This document shows positions 43,303 to 58,923 of a stretch of DNA of 64,000 nt, piece after piece. Position 1 is the first letter of the stretch. Every line of letters starts with the position of its first letter. The stretch lies in NCBI GenBank assembly GCA_964016885.1, contig OZ024753.1, positions 37,324,001 through 37,388,000 of the forward strand, read 5' to 3'. Source of the stretch: Eledone cirrhosa (Eukaryota). The notes beneath the pieces are model-generated. The model saw only the letters and a program-made list of their open reading frames with translations, was not told the DNA's origin and did not search any database. Made by a program: the position numbers and the translations under genes.

Positions 43303-43650
43303 GGAAGCACATGGCTTAGTGGTTAGAGCATTGGCCTTGCAATCGAAAGGTTGTGAGTTCAATTCTCAGACCGGGTGATGTGTTGTTTCCTTGAGCAAGA
43401 CACTTTATTTCACATTGTTCCAGTTTACTCAGTTGTAGAAATGAGATGATAGGGACTGGGGTCCCTGTCATTCCACTGCAAAGTGGTCGTGGAGGTGCCA
43501 CGGCAAAAAAGCACCCAGCACTCACTGTAAATGAGGTTGATGTTAGGAAGGGCATCCAGCTGTAGAAATCAAGCCAGAATCAGTTCCCGTCCCACCCTTG
43601 CAAGCAGGGAAAAAGCGGACGTAAAATGAAATGATGAAATGATGATGATG
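43303..43650 (+). mobile_element. Composite SINE: tRNA head, CORE-like domain, RTE-derived tail, (ATG)n end
   Basis: tggcttagtgg, gagttcaattc, tccttgagcaagacacttt, then gttaggaagggcatccagctgtagaaa...gcggacgtaaaatg..atgatgatg. Confidence 0.7.
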
Positions 43651-43674
43651 ATATATGGATATATTTTTATATAT

Positions 43675-43705
<31 letters not shown>

Positions 43706-43706
43706 C

Positions 43707-43739
<33 letters not shown>

Positions 43740-43778
43740 GCATATATATATATACACTTTATATTTAACGTATATATA

Positions 43779-43820
<42 letters not shown>

Positions 43821-44640
43821 TAATAATAATAAATTTGAAGACTAAAATCCAAAGAGGGCTCGATAAGGATAAATATATATCAAATATATAAGAACCGTAG
43901 AGCAAATATTTATTAAAATAGCAGATTAAAGTTTAAGCAAAGAATCGCTGCTTTCACCCTTAACGGGATCTTCTTTAAGCAGCGATTCTTTGCTTAAACT
44001 TTAATCTGTTATTTTAATATATATATTTATATATATATATAGGATAGTAGATCATTCAGAAAAGTTGGGTGAACATTCTAGAAGAAGGCTGAGTTTAGTG
44101 TGTGGTTGTAATTAGATTTAAACTCTACAGATCTCTCCGTTGACCTTTTCATAATGTGAAGCTGATAATGCCGCCAAAATTCTTCTTCAAATTCGCCTTC
44201 TTTTATCAAATCAAGCTCCTATATCGTACCCACTTTCATACACATGAATAGTGTGTCACAGGTTTTGTATTTGTGTACGTATGTATGTATGTTTGTATTT
44301 ATGAATGTATGTATGTAAATATGTATGTATGTTTGTATTTGTGTGTATGAATGTATGTGTGTATGTATGTATATGTATATATGTATATATGTATGTATAT
44401 ATGTATGTATGTGTATGTGATTGATGCGTAGGTTTCTTTTCCAGAAGTTCCCATTTGCACAAATAACTATTCGTGTATAAATGTTGTTGGTGTTGGCAGA
44501 TGTTGATGCAACTTAAGTCTTAATATAGAGACTAAATCCAATAGACAGGCCCATCAAACTGATTTGTGTATTGAACACGTTTTGGGAGCTATGAATAATA
44601 ACTCCTTCGTTTGCTGTTCAATATATGTGTGTGCTTTCGT

Positions 44641-44683
44641 AGATTCTTCTGATGATGGATGAGAAATCCGAAATATAGGGACT
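44641..44683 (+). ncRNA. Minimal type I hammerhead ribozyme
   Basis: tctt CTGATGA t ggat-gagaa-atcc GAAA ta TA ggga. Confidence 0.6.
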
Positions 44684-44805
44684 AATAAATCGATCCCAAG
44701 GTAACTTCATCTGTGGATTTCATTTCATTTTACATTTCTTTTTGTTGCCCGGAGATTTATCCATTTGTGACCATTTATATGTGACCATTTATATATATAT
44801 ATGTG

Positions 44806-44881
<76 letters not shown>

Positions 44882-44919
44882 TACATATATACATATATAT
44901 AAAAATATATATACATATA

Positions 44920-44987
<68 letters not shown>

Positions 44988-45053
44988 CATACATATATAC
45001 ATACATGCATACATACATACATACATACATACATACATACATACATACATACA

Positions 45054-45085
<32 letters not shown>

Positions 45086-46743
45086 CGGTAGGGGGGAAAT
45101 TCCATGCCGTTCACTAACAAGAAGACTAAACGTTGAAGTATTTTATTTCTTCTTTATATATATATGTGTGAGTTTTCCTTTCATTTCAGTGATAGGCGCT
45201 GATTGTATATCTACTGCTGTTTCCAGAAGCTGACAGATTCCTTAACTGCCAAACATACATTTACAGGTACAATTTCTATGACTCCTCCCCCTATACACTG
45301 GTCGAATATGTCGCCTAGCATCTATCACGTCACTTTCAATTATGTCTCGTGACTCTCCTAACTTTTGCCACCATTCACTGAAGACATTTCACAAGCTTTA
45401 CGTTTCACCCTTTCGTTACCATATTTCTGATGAAAACACTAACTATGCTGTCCAAAAATGTTTGAAAATTATCAAGAATTTGGAGGGATTTAGTAATATA
45501 AATATTTTTCTCATTCTTAAGCTGGTATTTGGATCACAACTTAATACAGGTTCCTTACATAAAACTATGACGGGAAGTTTTTAGATAAATATAAGCTGTT
45601 TTGTATTGTAGAAAGTACCATTCGTTCTATGATACAAAAAGGCTTATTTTATAGTATTTCGATGGATTTAATAATATAACTTTCATATTGTAGAGCAGGT
45701 GTTTGGAACATAATTGAATAACTGATCTTAAATCAAATTACGATGGGAGGTTTTTTTAGATGAATATAAACACTTTAAAATAAACTGTTGTGTATCGCAG
45801 GACCCGAGCTGGTTTTGTGTGGTTTGGTATCAAAAGGGTTAAATTCACAACCGAATCATTTGCCCTTCTTCACAGCAACATTTCTGTCCACACCGTTATT
45901 CCAAACTATTTTGCCACTCTACTAAAATAGAAATAAATCCTGGAAATCAGATGAGACTTAAATCAGAATAAAGATAACCACAGATAACAATGGCAGGTTG
46001 TGAAGGAAGGAAGGAAGGAAGGAAGGAAGGAAGGAAGGAAGGAAGGAAGGAAGGAAGGAAGGAAGGAAGGAAGGAAGGAAGGAAGGAAGGAAAGAGAAGA
46101 AGAAGAAGAAGAAGAAGAAGAAGAAGAAGAAGAAGAAGAAGAAGAAGAAGAAGAAGAAGAATCGAGGAATGTGTGAATACTCACCATCACACACACACAC
46201 ACACACAGAATTCACTGTAACAGTGTTACAAGGTTAAACCTTTGAAATACATGTACATTTTATTCCACAGGCTTTCAAACGCTTTCTGTCTACTAACCTT
46301 CACTCAAAAGGCATAAATCAACAGTAAATGGCACTGGCCTAAGACGCTACAAATCTGGGACCTTATGATTGCAAATTAAACTCCTTAACCATTGGGCAAT
46401 GCTGCATTCACATGACAACGATATATGGAAGGCAAGACTAAAGTTGAGAACGAAAAAAGAAAAATGCTAGCGGAGCGGTTTAAGTGTTTAACGTGGTTAA
46501 CGTGTAGGTATCCACATTAAGTTTCGTTAGGGAGCTTCCTGAGTGACAAGGAAGATAAAACACATGTCACACTGTTGGAGAAAAGGGACCAGACATCCTC
46601 TGCTCGCCCCTTCTAGAATGGGCGATACTGTCGGAATACACCGAAATATTTGTGATCTAAAATCGACAGCTGCTAAAAGGATGTCCCACTGTGTGACCTG
46701 CATCTAGAATACACATGTATACATGATACGTACATACATACAC

Positions 46744-46774
<31 letters not shown>

Positions 46775-46868
46775 AATACACGTCACCACACTAGCACACA
46801 CACCATACCACTCGCGTGTAGATGTGTGAAAAAATACATATACATCGATAGACATAAATATACACAGA

Positions 46869-46900
<32 letters not shown>

Positions 46901-47507
46901 AATATATACATATATAAATACAGATAAACGTTCTTATATGCATACATAAATATAGGCATACATATATACATACATATATTCATATATACATACATACATA
47001 TATACTCACATACATACTTACATGCATACATACATATATACTCACATACATACATATATACATACATATATACAGACATGCATAGAGAAAGAGAACATAC
47101 ATATATACATAGATACATACATATATACATACAAAAAATACAGACATGCATAGAGAAAGAGAACATACATATATACTTAGATACATACATACATATATAT
47201 ACATACATATATACATATATACATACATAAAATACAGACACACATAGAGAAAGAGAACATAAATATATACATATATACACACACATGACGAGGCCCATTA
47301 AACCGACTCTTCAATTACTTCAAATTTCAAAGCTAGCTTAGCTACTAAATTGGAACGAAGCAGACGATGTCACCATTGTCTGATCTTCTGTACATTCCAA
47401 ATGCGACAGTTAACTCTTAACATTCCTAAGCATCAGACCTAACACATCCATACATACATATATACATGTATGCATATACACAAATACATACATACATACA
47501 CACAATT

Positions 47508-47612
<105 letters not shown>

Positions 47613-47720
47613 CACACACACATATACATACATAAATATATTCTTACATATTTACATACAATCCATCATGCAAGCATACATACTTACATACATATGTACA
47701 TATATACATAAATTCATATA

Positions 47721-47776
<56 letters not shown>

Positions 47777-47958
47777 CACACACACATATACATACATAAA
47801 TATATTCTTACATATTTACATACAATCCATCATGAAAGCATACATACTTACATACATATGTACATATATACATGAATTCATATACGCACACGTTTATATA
47901 CATATAAATCCATACACACACGCATGGTATGGATATATGATATATATAACTATATATA

Positions 47959-48077
<119 letters not shown>

Positions 48078-49167
48078 TAATTTATTATTACTATATTTAT
48101 TATTACTATTATATATATATATATACTTACATACACACATGCATACATACACACATACATACACACATACACAGATACATAGATACATACATAGACATAT
48201 AGACATGCATAACTCATCTTTCTCTCTCGATATTTGGCCTAACTACGCCATTTATCTATGTCACTGTGTCAAGCCAGGCATTATGATGTTACGACTGCAC
48301 TAAATACTCGCCTTCGGTTAAACGATGATATAGAAATGTCATCTTTAAACCTCCACCATACACACACACGTGCTCACATATAAGCATACACTCATACTCA
48401 TATATTTACTCATATATATATATACGCATACTTTCGCACACAAACACACACATAAACATACACATATTCATATATATATATATACACTCACACACAAACA
48501 TGCAGATACTCATACATATACTTTTACATCTACTCGTATATATATATACGCATACTCTCACACACAAATACACACATAAACATATATATACGCATACACT
48601 CACACACAAACATGCACATACTCATACATATACTCATACATATACTCATATATATACGCATACTCTCACACACAAACACACACATAAACATATACATATT
48701 CATATATATACGCATACTCTCACACACAAACACACACATAAACATATACATATTCATATATATACGCATATATTCACTCACAAACACACAGAATCATACA
48801 CAGAAGGATACACATAATCATACATATATACAAGCATACACGCATACTCACACACAAATACAAACACACACAGACAGAAACAAGCAGAAAACCACAGAAA
48901 ATAAAACACACACACACTCATAAATACATATACATACACTCACAAACTCATACATACAAATACAAATATACTTAAACACAAACACACACAGAAACAAACA
49001 GAGGAACATACACATACATACACACAAACACAAACACATACAACTGCCCCAAACCAACCCCAACTTAACTCTACCAAACAATCAGGTCGCTTGTACCACC
49101 CTGGTACCCCTGCTGTTTAAGATGTTTATATTCCACCACGTTCCATATACACACAATATACATACAT

Positions 49168-49225
<58 letters not shown>

Positions 49226-49353
49226 AAAAGTTCTATTTAAATTGTTGGGATACAACAAGCAAATATTTTTATAACTGATATAAAGCACTCAATAAATATT
49301 TGGAGTAAAAATACGATATTAACAAATGGAAACTATATTTATAAAACCATATT

Positions 49354-49418
49354 TATTTCATTATACATATTTCAAGGACACCAAGTTAAATTATGGTGTG
49401 CTTTCATCAGATAAAATA
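49354..49418 (-). ncRNA. Type I hammerhead ribozyme (family C variant)
   Basis: Minus: tattttat CTGATGA aagc-acacca-taatttaact-tggtgt-cctt GAAA tatgta TA atgaaata. Confidence 0.8.
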
Positions 49419-49733
49419 TAATATAGATCAGTTTTATAAATAAATATTTACTGTTGAGTGCTCTATATCAGTTATAAACTTTTAATTTGTTGGAATCCCA
49501 ACAAATTAAATATAACGTCTGCATATATATTCATATATATATATATAGGAACAAGTAAGACCCCGACGGCTGAGCTCAAGCCGTTTCGTCGGCTAATTCT
49601 GAGAATTAGCCGTCGAAACGGCTTGAGCTCAACCGTCGGGGTCTTACTTGTTCCTATTACCCACTCTACTGCCCTAAGTATTGAGTACTTTGCTGCGTTA
49701 TGGTCCACCTGGTTCCTTACCACATTTCCTTTG

Positions 49734-49768
<35 letters not shown>

Positions 49769-49933
49769 ACTTTCCGTTGCTTAAACCATTTTGTTTGTTC
49801 ACCCTAACGTCCCCTTTATTTACGTGTCCCAACGACTTTTTTTAGCCGTTGTTCGCACCAACCTGAGGTATATGGCCCTTAAAGCGATGAAATGCCTGGG
49901 ACGGTTGGAGGGTCACTGATGAAGGACTTACTT

Positions 49934-50030
<97 letters not shown>

Positions 50031-50221
50031 GGCTTCTATTAAAAAATTTTGTAGAAGCCATTTTCTATATTAAAAATTTATATTAATAATTTATACTCTG
50101 CTATGTATTGAGTACCTTACTGTGGTTACCCCCGTTTGAACCCGGGATACCTATATATATAAGGTCCAGTATCTTTAGGTTAATCAGTTGGCGGATGCTT
50201 TTTATCCTTTGCACGTCGTCG

Positions 50222-50952
50222 ATAAAATAATTGTTTCTACTATTGGTACAAGGCCAGCAAATACCCAGTACATTACTGGTACTTTATTTTATCGACCTCG
50301 TAAGGATGAAAGGCAAAGTGAACCTCGGCGGGATTTGAACTCAGAATGGCAAGGGCCGTAACTCCATGCGTCAAAGCATGGGGTGCGACCCTCTATGATA
50401 CTATAAAATAATTGTTTCTACTTTAGACACAAGGCCAGCAATTACCCAGTGCATTACTGGTACTTTATTCTATCGACCCCGTAAGGATGAAAGGCAAAGT
50501 TAACCTCGACGGGATTTGAACTCAGAATGGCAAGGGCCGTAACTCCATGCGTCAAAGCATGGGGTGCGACCCTCTATGATACTATAGAATAATTGTTTCT
50601 ACTTTAGACACAAGGCCAGCAATTACCCAGTGCATTACTGGTACTTTATTCTATCGACCCCGTAAGGATGAAAAGCAAAGTTAACCTCGACGGGATTTGA
50701 ACTCAGAATGGAAAGGGCCGTAACTCCATGCGTCAAAGCATGGGGTGCGACCCTCTATGATACTATAAAATAATTGTTTCTACTTTAGGCACAAGGCCAG
50801 CAATTACCCAGTGCATTACTGGTACTTTATTGTATCGACTCCGTAAGGATGAAAGGCAAAGTTAACCTCGACGGGATTTGAACTCAGAATGGCAAGGGCC
50901 GTAACTCCATGCGTCAAAGCATGGCGTCCGACCCTCTACCGATACTATAAAA
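50222..50952 (-). repeat. Head-to-tail array of four SINE units, 181-bp period
   Basis: aattgtttctac at 50229, 50410, 50591, 50772; each unit is the reverse complement of the SINE type at 58924-59112. Confidence 0.92.
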
Positions 50953-52574
50953 TAATAACAGTCTCTCTCTCTCTGGCACGCAGGTGATAGTAATATTGTA
51001 TTGGTTGTATGTAAAGAATGTGTATTAGTTTCATTCACTTGTACTTAGAAATATATACAGAGGACCTTAACAACTAAACAAGTGATCTTTCTGGATATAA
51101 AGTTCAGAAGACACAGATCATGTTACTATCGGTATTATTGGTATTTCCATCTGGTTCCACACTTAACAATTACCTTCGCTTCCTCGAACAGTTCCCTTTA
51201 CTTGGAAACCTGCTGAGAGGTTGTATGAAGACAAGGTTTGCGTTCCTCCAATCTTAAACGACCAAATTACTTGAATCAATATTATGAATTCTTTCTTAAA
51301 TGTAAAATTAATGACTATTCGACCGGCAGTGGCGATAACTAAAGATCTTTATTATGTCAGTGTCAATAGCCTTTACCTGAGACGCAGATTCTCAGCAAGA
51401 CTTTGAACAGTCATCTGCTTCCAAACAGTGAAAGAAAGTACCTTCAATTTTTCTTCTCTTTTTTTTCTTTGGAATATTTCTTATCTAAATTGAAAATAGA
51501 TACATAGATCTCTAAAACAATATTTTCCACCTTACACTGGAAGCAAACCATTGTTTATATTTACATATATTTACATATATCGGATGTATAAAAATACACG
51601 TACTATCAAACATTGGACACCGGTTGGGTATATTATCGACACTAAGCAAGTTATAAAATACGCTAGAAGTGAGTGGCAACGTTAGCTATATCGTAAAAGT
51701 AAACAGGAGCAGACAGATTGCCAAACATTACAAATAGACGACCAGCTGTCCAATAAAATCAAGATTGACCCAATCCGTTGAACACTTCCTTTATGTAGTG
51801 ATCCACATAAGCAACAGGGAATCTGCCATCAAATTCCTTCCTTTCAGGTGAATTCCAACTGAAAGCGGAATATCAGTATTTAGTCTAGAGTAAGGTTTAG
51901 GTGGGGAGTTTTTTTTTGTGTTTGTAATGTTAGTGTTTGTTTTTGTGTTTTTTTAAGGCATATTTTTGAGTCTTTTTGTTGTTAATTGAGGGGGGGGGGG
52001 CTTTTGTTGTTGTTCTTTTTCTACTATCTACATGAAACTAAACTTCCGTTCCAGCTGTCATTGATAATAATACCTTTCGCAATATCTACGTACATACGTA
52101 CATACATACCATAATCATATTCGCTCATAACATCATACACATGTGCCTCACACTCACACACACACATACACACACACACACTGGAAGTTGGGACCATTCC
52201 CATGCCCTTCAAAGACCATTTGAGATTGGGGAGATGCAGGCTGTTGATATACTGTTTTATATTGTTGCATGGAGAAGACATGAGCAGCGGGAAGGGTTTT
52301 CCAGAAGGCCGACCCTCTCAACAGGAAGGACCCGGCATGGTGGTTACTTTGAGGTATAGGAAATGAGTAAGGTATTGACGAGTGGGTGGAGAGTGCCTGA
52401 GTGGAGGTGGCATGAGTTCAGCCAGCGAGGCCCAGGGCTCAGTTACCATCTCATACAGGGATTCTAGTCAGAACCTTGAATCCCTATATTTGTATAAGAA
52501 AGAGCAGCATGACCCCCAGATGTGGAAACAGCTCTCATAAATATATATATATATATGTGTGTGTGTGTGTATAG

Positions 52575-52605
<31 letters not shown>

Positions 52606-52618
52606 TATATATACATAT

Positions 52619-52699
<81 letters not shown>

Positions 52700-52742
52700 A
52701 CCGGTACTGGCATTGATAAGTATGCTGGGTCTGTCAACTCCT

Positions 52743-52817
<75 letters not shown>

Positions 52818-53129
52818 GTACTCTCACAAGCCCACCCAACAACAGAATCATATAGGAAATGACTATCCAGAACCTAAATCAAGTAAGACCCACTACACGA
52901 ATACATTTACTCAGCCACAATACACAACTTTTAACACAAGAAACTGACCTCAACGACAAATAAATCAGCCACCAAATAATTCAAATCCAATCAACAAAAT
53001 CTGAAACCAAGAAATAAATCTAAATCAAATTTAAACAGATAGACGATAAGATAATAAAAGTCAAGCCACTGTATAAGTGCTAAGAAGACAAATGTCATCA
53101 TGCCGCATGCGCCCTCAATATATATGTGC

Positions 53130-53246
<117 letters not shown>

Positions 53247-53323
53247 CATTGTCTAGGACAATACATTATAATTAATTCATTTTCACTTCGTCTTCAACAT
53301 CATCACCATCATCATCATCATTG

Positions 53324-53358
<35 letters not shown>

Positions 53359-53487
53359 GTCATCATGTGACCGAGAAAGGCTGTAAATTAAGGGGTTTGT
53401 AGTCCACACGAAATCATGGAGAGACTATTGCAAATAATGGTTTCAGATCTCGTAATCAGAGCCGGCCATTTCCGACATACGCCTGTC

Positions 53488-53518
<31 letters not shown>

Positions 53519-53870
53519 CTTCTTCTTCTTCTTCTTCTTCTGCAGATGACAGAGCTATCTTTAATTTATCCATTCTGCCGATAGACGGAGACAGCTGCAG
53601 CTCTGGTTCATTTCCAACTTCTTGGAAATCGTAAATAATATACATATATATTTATATAATACACACACATACGCACACCCATATATATACGTATATATAT
53701 ATATATATATATACAAACACATAAACACACACACGCACACACACACATATATATATAATATATATATTTATATAATATATATATATATACATAAATATAT
53801 ATATATATATACATATATATATACAAATACATAAATATATATATATATATATATATAAATATATATATAT

Positions 53871-53909
<39 letters not shown>

Positions 53910-53960
53910 TCATATATACATAAATATATACATAAATATATTTATATATATTATATATAT

Positions 53961-54000
<40 letters not shown>

Positions 54001-54354
54001 GATAGAGAGAAAGAGAGATACAGTAAGAAATAATGAGAGGAAAAGAGAAAGAGAAAAAGACGCAAATGAACATGGAGGGAGAAGAAGGGTTAATATTAGA
54101 GAGGAATATAAAACGAAGTCGTATATCTTTCCAGATAAGATTTTTTATGGTTTCTCTCCATGTTGTTATCGGATGGCTTGTTGTGAGAGGCGTCTGTTCC
54201 TCAAGTATTATTTACTCAAGTCCCAGTAATATTGCCCAAAACATATCCGTTATCTGTCTCCCATCTTCCTTGATTAAATTTAAAGAAAAAAAAACAAGGT
54301 TTTTTTGAACAAAATTATCAAATAAATAAATAAACGAACGATTAAATAAATAGA

Positions 54355-54386
<32 letters not shown>

Positions 54387-54474
54387 CGTTTCAAATATTG
54401 GCCTAATACGAGAGAATATTTTGGAGGGTTGGGGCTGGGTATCGATCATATTGATCTCCATTATGTGACTGGTA

Positions 54475-54638
54475 CAGTGGTGGATTGGCAGTATCGGTAG
54501 AGGGTCTGACACCATGCTTTGTAGCATACAGTTACGACCGAGGTTAACTTTGCCTTTCATCCTTACGGTGTCGATAAAATAAAGTACCAGTAATACACTG
54601 GAATAATTGCTGGCCTTGTGCCAAACGTAGAAACACTT
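54475..54638 (+). mobile_element. tRNA-derived SINE with internal deletion
   Basis: ggtggattggcagtatcggtagagggtc...gcctttcatccttacggtgtcgataaaataaagtaccag. Confidence 0.8.
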
Positions 54639-54814
54639 ATGTGACTGGTTCCTGTATTTTGTCGATCGGCCCCTACCAATTCTGTAATATACGCAAAAAT
54701 ATTGAAGCATTAACAAATATCACAAAACTCACAGAATACGGGAGTTTGTTTTCATTCATACGTGTATTAGACAGCTTACTGTTAAAGGGACACATACACA
54801 CAAACACACACGTT

Positions 54815-54858
<44 letters not shown>

Positions 54859-54867
54859 CACACAAAC

Positions 54868-54918
54868 GGCTTCCTGGTGTTTTCTCCCGAATGAAACAGT
54901 TCTAGTCCTGTAGAAGCC
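54868..54918 (+). ncRNA. Decayed family D hammerhead
   Basis: ggcttc CTGGTGT tttctcccgaat GAAA cagttctagtcctg TA gaagcc; stem I end is G-C here versus A-U in other copies. Confidence 0.5.
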
Positions 54919-55694
54919 ATTTCTATATTAAAAATTTATACTCTGCTATGTATTGAGTACCTTACTTACTGTGGTTACCTCCTATTGAACCCTGGATAAA
55001 CTTATATATATATATATATATATATATAAGTTTATAAGTAAGGTACTTTATACATATATATATATATATATATATACAAACCCTAAAAAAACGCACATAC
55101 ACTGACATATACATAAAACACCTTTAAACATTCACACATATAGACAAATATACACGTACAAATGCACTCACAGACTCACTTTTTACGCAAAAATGTCGTT
55201 GTAGCTTCACCATAAAAGCCTTGACTTAAATATATAACACACACACACGTCACACACACACAAACACACACACATACACGACCAGATCTTATACCCATAC
55301 TCATACATTTTCCGTAATTCTGTATTTGTTATTGGTATTTAAATACTGACGGACCCCTGTTAAATACCATAGCTGACCCTGCGTCTAAACTCCGCTTCGT
55401 ATGTAAAGTTAAAATCTGGAATCTTAAATACCACATCGTGGTTATAATGACAGAGGTTAGTATTGTTGGGCTCTCTTTGAAATGTGTATTTATCTGCCAT
55501 TTACCAAGCAAAGTAGATTATTAGCATGCTGGTATGTGAGATAATTACGGGTCTTCTTTACAGTTTGGTTCTTTTTTTCATTTCTTTCTCCCATGAAAAG
55601 GATTAATTAGTTTCGCTGCTAACATAATATATGGCATATCAACATCACAAGATTGACACTGTGTGTTGTTTTATAAGGTAAATATAGCCCTATT

Positions 55695-55760
<66 letters not shown>

Positions 55761-55827
55761 AGGGGGGTCTTTGTGTCTGTGTTTGTGTACATGTATGTAT
55801 ATACATATAAATATATATATGATTATC

Positions 55828-55907
<80 letters not shown>

Positions 55908-56036
55908 ATAATAATAAATGTGAAGACTAAAATCCAAAGAGGGCTCGATAAGGATAAATATATATCAAATATATAAGAACCATAGATCCTGTTAAGGGTG
56001 AAAGCAGCGGTTCTTTGCTTAAACTTTAATCTGTTA

Positions 56037-56088
<52 letters not shown>

Positions 56089-57004
56089 TAAAGAAAAAAT
56101 GACTTCCCTTGTAGTTCTAAACAATTTGATTTAATTTTGTAATATTATGATTTAGGTCTAGTAAGTTCTTTGTTAACTTCGGTGGGAAGATTTTTAAAGA
56201 TTCCTGGTTAACTTTCCAGGAGAACTTACTCGCATTCGTCGGTGGCGATTGTAAAACTGAGATCATATATATATATATATATAGATAGATAAATGTGTGT
56301 ATGTGTGTGTGTGTATCCCGGGTTCAATCGGAGTTAACCACAGTAAGTAAGGTACTCAATATATATATATTCAACACATATATATACATTTAGAAGCTAT
56401 AGTAAAATGATGTCACGCAGTAGGATCGAGCCTGGAACCACGTTATTCGTAAGCAATCTTCTTAACCATACGGCCATGCTGTGTCTTTGAATGAAATTAG
56501 GCTGATGGAAGCATGTTGGATGAACTGTATCTCTAAGTTAAAGTACCTACTTCATAACATATACACTCACCTACTCTCACCTACACACACACATAGCATA
56601 CCACCTCAAACAGTCGTAAGAAACTCTCAGGAGAGCTGGACAGCTGAGGGTCTTCAGAGAAGAACTCCCCTCCCTCAAGCGAGTGTTTCGGCCCTGAATT
56701 TATGTAACTGTATATGTAAGTCGAAAGACCTGCTTCGTAACATATACTCTCACCTACACACACATAGCATACCACAAAATACACACTTACGTAGTTCGTA
56801 CTTACAAAAAAATCCCACATTGAGAAATTCAACCTGTACAATATATATTATGTCATTCCTTTTGTGTTCCTTAGGGATCAACAAAAGGAAATTATTATAA
56901 GTTTTTCATTATTTACTTAACAAGAAACAATCATAAAAAAATCTTCATGAAATGAGTTGTTAATTAATATGGGAGAGATTATATATATAATCTAATCTAC
57001 ATAT

Positions 57005-57103
<99 letters not shown>

Positions 57104-57170
57104 TATATATATATATAATATATATATATATATATAATATATATATATAATATATATATATATATATAAT

Positions 57171-57494
<324 letters not shown>

Positions 57495-57593
57495 ATAAAA
57501 GATATATATAAAGACCTGATTTCTTGTATTTGAACATGTGGGACTCTCCGTCTTTCCCTACAACAATCTATCTCCCCACCACCACCACCACCA

Positions 57594-57665
<72 letters not shown>

Positions 57666-57775
57666 TCCAAACACACATGTCTAATAGTTTACATGCACAC
57701 ACTCACGCACAGAGAGAGTGAGAGAGAGGGGGGAGACGTGCACACACATTCAAATAGAAAGATAGATAGATAGAT

Positions 57776-58389
57776 TTCTTTATTAGCCACAAGGTCGCAA
57801 CAAGAAAGGGGACAATACAAAGACATGCCGGGGATTTTACATACAGTCGTGTAAAAAATATAAAAACAAACAATTTCAACAATCGAAATCCCCAATAGGG
57901 GGGAGGCGCCACAAATGGGTTGTTTAATACCCCGTCGATAGAACAACCCTCAACTCAAGGAGCGTGTTGTGCAAGTGCTCCTTTCTTCCTTTTGCTCTCT
58001 TCCTCAACCTACAGGCTTATAAACAGAGAAGGCCCAATTACTCGGGCCATTTTCGCTTCATTCACCCACCTTTCAGTAAATTTACTGGGGTGCAGTGCCT
58101 CTCTCTCCACCCTGATTCTCCTTCTAAAGTGATACTTAAAGAATGGAATCAATTGTTGTCCGGAGAGAAAGGCATCTGTCCTCAGTCCTCTCAACCTCGT
58201 CCACCATATAACTTCTTTCACCATAGCCACCGTACAGAGGAAAACCGCCTCTCTTTCGTTTTTGAAAGAGTCTGGCGGTTTGATCCTTACTATGGACTCG
58301 GCAGTCAACTGTATTTGTCCCATACGCGACAGCAGTTGTTCTGCATAGTTCCACAGGTCGCTTACGCCCGGGCAGTGTACAATTGCGTA
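57776..58389 (-). mobile_element. Tx1/L1-clade LINE 3' end (ORF2 C-terminus 58389-58009 plus 3' UTR) within (GATA)n
   Basis: AIVHCPGVSDLWNY...KEVIWWTR...FTERW fits the L1/Tx1 C-terminal CP..W / K..IW..R pattern; ends ctaataaagaa; GATA repeats on both sides. Confidence 0.8.
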
Positions 58390-58402
58390 GATAGATAGAT
58401 AT

Positions 58403-58468
<66 letters not shown>

Positions 58469-58692
58469 GGATAGATCAGTTTTGGGGGCATAAGTACGAT
58501 CATTTGTCATCGAAGTTGACTGTCGAGATAATCTTTACCTTTGAAGCTGAACCGTCTGTCAGTTACCGTGACGACAATTCTTACAAATATCTCAACTGTG
58601 GAAATCTCATCAATTGAACTTAGAAATGTTGGGCCCTCTTAAGTATGGTAAAGGGGAGTACTTGTAATCTGATCTCTGTTTGTATCTTGTAG

Positions 58693-58842
58693 TGGCCTGT
58701 TCATCACTCAGCTATCGTAGCGAAGTTGGCCGCCCGCAGGTGCGAGCCCCGCGAGGTGGAGTGGCTGTGTCCAGCGAGTCTTCCTCGTCGTCCTCCGGGA
58801 CATTTCATTCTCAAACCTGTCTGCCAGAACCTAGAAACGAGG
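58693..58842 (+). CDS. Candidate internal exon of an unidentified host gene (150 nt)
   Basis: Acceptor tctctgtttgtatcttgtAG, donor AGG|GTAAGT, length divisible by 3, two open frames, GC/CpG-rich relative to window. Confidence 0.4.
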
Positions 58843-58923
58843 GTAAGTTTGCTGGTAGTGGAGCATACTCGTTCAGACGTCACTTTCACGCGTGTATCTT
58901 TATATCAATTATCAATCATTAAT

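Noticed and set aside
49915-49935. CTGATGA at end of a unique island
   Set aside because: Truncated by (TA)n; 3' half absent
51170-51415. Two possible short minus-strand exons (gcag|ATGACTG...CTCAG|gtaaag and cag|GTTTCC...GAAG|gtaatt)
   Set aside because: Splice-like dinucleotides only; peptide not recognisable; a plus-strand alternative is equally plausible
53388-53645. ORF with poly-E (minus) or poly-S (plus)
   Set aside because: Homopolymer comes from a (TTC)n microsatellite; strand and splice sites ambiguous
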